A DNA stretch of 40,000 nucleotides, from assembly GCF_055378805.1 (NCBI RefSeq), contig NZ_AP041107.1. One strand, written 5' to 3'. Under the pieces are notes generated by a model. The model did no database searches. It saw nothing but the letters and a program-made list of their open reading frames with translations, and had not been told where the DNA came from. The position numbers and the translations under genes are program-made. How positions within the stretch are numbered: the first letter of the stretch is position 1; each line of letters opens with the position of its first letter. Positions 38,657 to 40,000 of the stretch are shown piece after piece.

Positions 38657-39838
38657 ATGAAAGACGTTGTGATTGTCGGGGCGTTACGGACACCTATCGG
38701 CTGCTTTCGTGGTGCGTTAGCGGGTCATTCCGCCGTGGAACTTGGCAGCCTGGTCGTGAAAGCATTAATAGAACGTACCGGTGTTTCTGAATATGCGGTG
38801 GATGAAGTGATTCTTGGTCAGGTGTTGACTGCAGGGGCAGGGCAGAATCCGGCAAGGCAATCGGCTATTAAAGGTGGTCTTCCTAACAGCGTTTCTGCAA
38901 TCACGATTAATGACGTTTGCGGTTCCGGGCTTAAAGCACTGCATCTGGCTACTCAGGCGATACAGTGTGGCGAGGCTGATATTGTCATCGCCGGTGGTCA
39001 GGAAAACATGAGTCGCGCACCACATGTTCTGACTGATAGCCGCACCGGTGCACAGCTTGGCAATAGCCAGTTGGTTGATAGTCTTGTGCACGATGGGTTG
39101 TGGGATGCCTTCAATGATTATCATATTGGTGTCACCGCCGAAAATCTGGCTCGCGAATATGGCATCAGCCGTCAGTTGCAGGATGCTTACGCACTTAGCT
39201 CGCAACAAAAAGCGCGAGCGGCGATTGACGCCGGACGATTTAAAGATGAGATCGTCCCGGTAATGACCCAAAGTAACGGTCAGACGTTGGTTGTAGATAC
39301 CGATGAACAGCCACGCACTGACGCCAGTGCAGAAGGCTTAGCCCGTTTAAATCCTTCATTTGATAGTCTCGGCTCTGTGACAGCGGGTAATGCATCATCC
39401 ATAAACGATGGCGCAGCTGCAGTAATGATGATGAGCGAAGCCAAAGCACGAGCGTTGAATTTACCCGTGCTGGCCCGCATCCGCGCATTTGCCAGCGTTG
39501 GTGTAGATCCGGCATTGATGGGAATTGCGCCGGTGTATGCGACCCGCCGTTGCCTGGAGCGTGTTGGCTGGCAGTTGGCTGATGTCGATCTTATCGAGGC
39601 TAATGAAGCGTTTGCTGCACAGGCGCTTTCGGTTGGCAAGATGCTTGAATGGGATGAGCGTCGGGTCAATGTCAATGGTGGCGCGATCGCACTCGGTCAC
39701 CCAATAGGCGCTTCCGGTTGCCGAATCCTCGTTTCTCTGGTTCATGAAATGGTGAAACGTAATGCCCGCAAAGGACTGGCTACGCTTTGTATCGGCGGGG
39801 GCCAGGGCGTGGCATTGACCATTGAACGTGACGAATAG
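38657..39838 (+). CDS. yqeF: acetyl-CoA C-acetyltransferase (thiolase II)
   Basis: 393 aa from the ATG at 38657 (a GTG at 38654 is also in frame). Thiolase signatures: active-site Cys in NDVCGSGLKA, C-terminal NVNGGAIALGHPIGASG and CIGGGQG. Confidence 0.92.
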   Translation: MKDVVIVGALRTPIGCFRGALAGHSAVELGSLVVKALIERTGVSEYAVDEVILGQVLTAGAGQNPARQSAIKGGLPNSVSAITINDVCGSGLKALHLATQAIQCGEADIVIAGGQENMSRAPHVLTDSRTGAQLGNSQLVDSLVHDGLWDAFNDYHIGVTAENLAREYGISRQLQDAYALSSQQKARAAIDAGRFKDEIVPVMTQSNGQTLVVDTDEQPRTDASAEGLARLNPSFDSLGSVTAGNASSINDGAAAVMMMSEAKARALNLPVLARIRAFASVGVDPALMGIAPVYATRRCLERVGWQLADVDLIEANEAFAAQALSVGKMLEWDERRVNVNGGAIALGHPIGASGCRILVSLVHEMVKRNARKGLATLCIGGGQGVALTIERDE

Positions 39839-40000
39839 CTCTGCATTTCCTCCTTACCGATAAATATCAGCCGTCATCAATCTGTTGAATAATGGTGGCT
39901 GGCGAGTCGACATACATTTTCAGGGCTCCCTGATTTTTCCATTTTCATGACATATTCGTGATCGACACTGCACTTTTTTCAGTCCTTAACTTAAAAAATG

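Noticed and set aside
38765-39745. Several 90-170 aa antisense ORFs within yqeF.
   Set aside because: They are shadow ORFs inside a thiolase gene whose catalytic motifs are all intact. No independent support exists.
39880-39960. Very short minus-strand ORFs (16-23 codons) downstream of yqeF that might correspond to a K-12 mini-gene in this position.
   Set aside because: I cannot recall the reference sequence reliably, there is no clear SD, and the ORFs are too short to support from sequence alone.

Overview
This window looks like an Escherichia coli chromosomal segment. GC-normal core genes flank a roughly 30 kb, visibly AT-rich island inserted directly 3' of tRNA-Gly(CCC) (glyU).

Left core (1-7065): ygeV (sigma-54 activator), xdhCBA (xanthine dehydrogenase, minus strand), ygeR (LysM/degenerate-M23 lipoprotein) and glyU.

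Island (about 7066-37130): the SPI-1-family (Inv/Mxi-Spa type) type III secretion cluster known in E. coli as ETT2. Gene order is a GH15-like secreted hydrolase, eivF-eivG-eivE-eivA-eivC-eivI-eivJ-epaO-P-Q-R-S, a small lipoprotein plus etrA on the opposite strand, eprH-I-J-K-orgA-orgB, ygeK, then pbl-ygeI-ygeH-ygeG-ygeF, yqeK and yqeJ-yqeI-yqeH.

Right core: yqeG (transporter) and yqeF (thiolase).

Every core injectisome gene (SctC, D, F, I, J, K, L, N, O, P, R, S, T, U, V, W) is a full-length ORF. The exception is epaO (SctQ), which is cut by a 1057-bp IS903-group element with a perfect 9-bp target duplication. An IS5 copy (1195 bp, CTAA duplication) sits 47-50 bp upstream of yqeI.

I believe the main system is already described (ETT2), not novel. 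The points worth follow-up are listed here.
- The IS903 landed exactly on the predicted internal RBS and start of the EpaO C-terminal isoform.
- There are no translocon, effector, InvB or InvH homologues.
- Several small orphan ORFs lie around the SicA-like chaperone.
- A candidate pilotin lipoprotein is coupled to etrA.
- The YgeK response regulator lacks its phospho-acceptor Asp.
- YqeI/YqeJ form a ToxR/ToxS-like pair.
- YqeH has a Cys-rich N-terminus.

Gene names come from my memory of K-12/O157 gene order and from by-eye similarity to Salmonella SPI-1 proteins. No database search was run.
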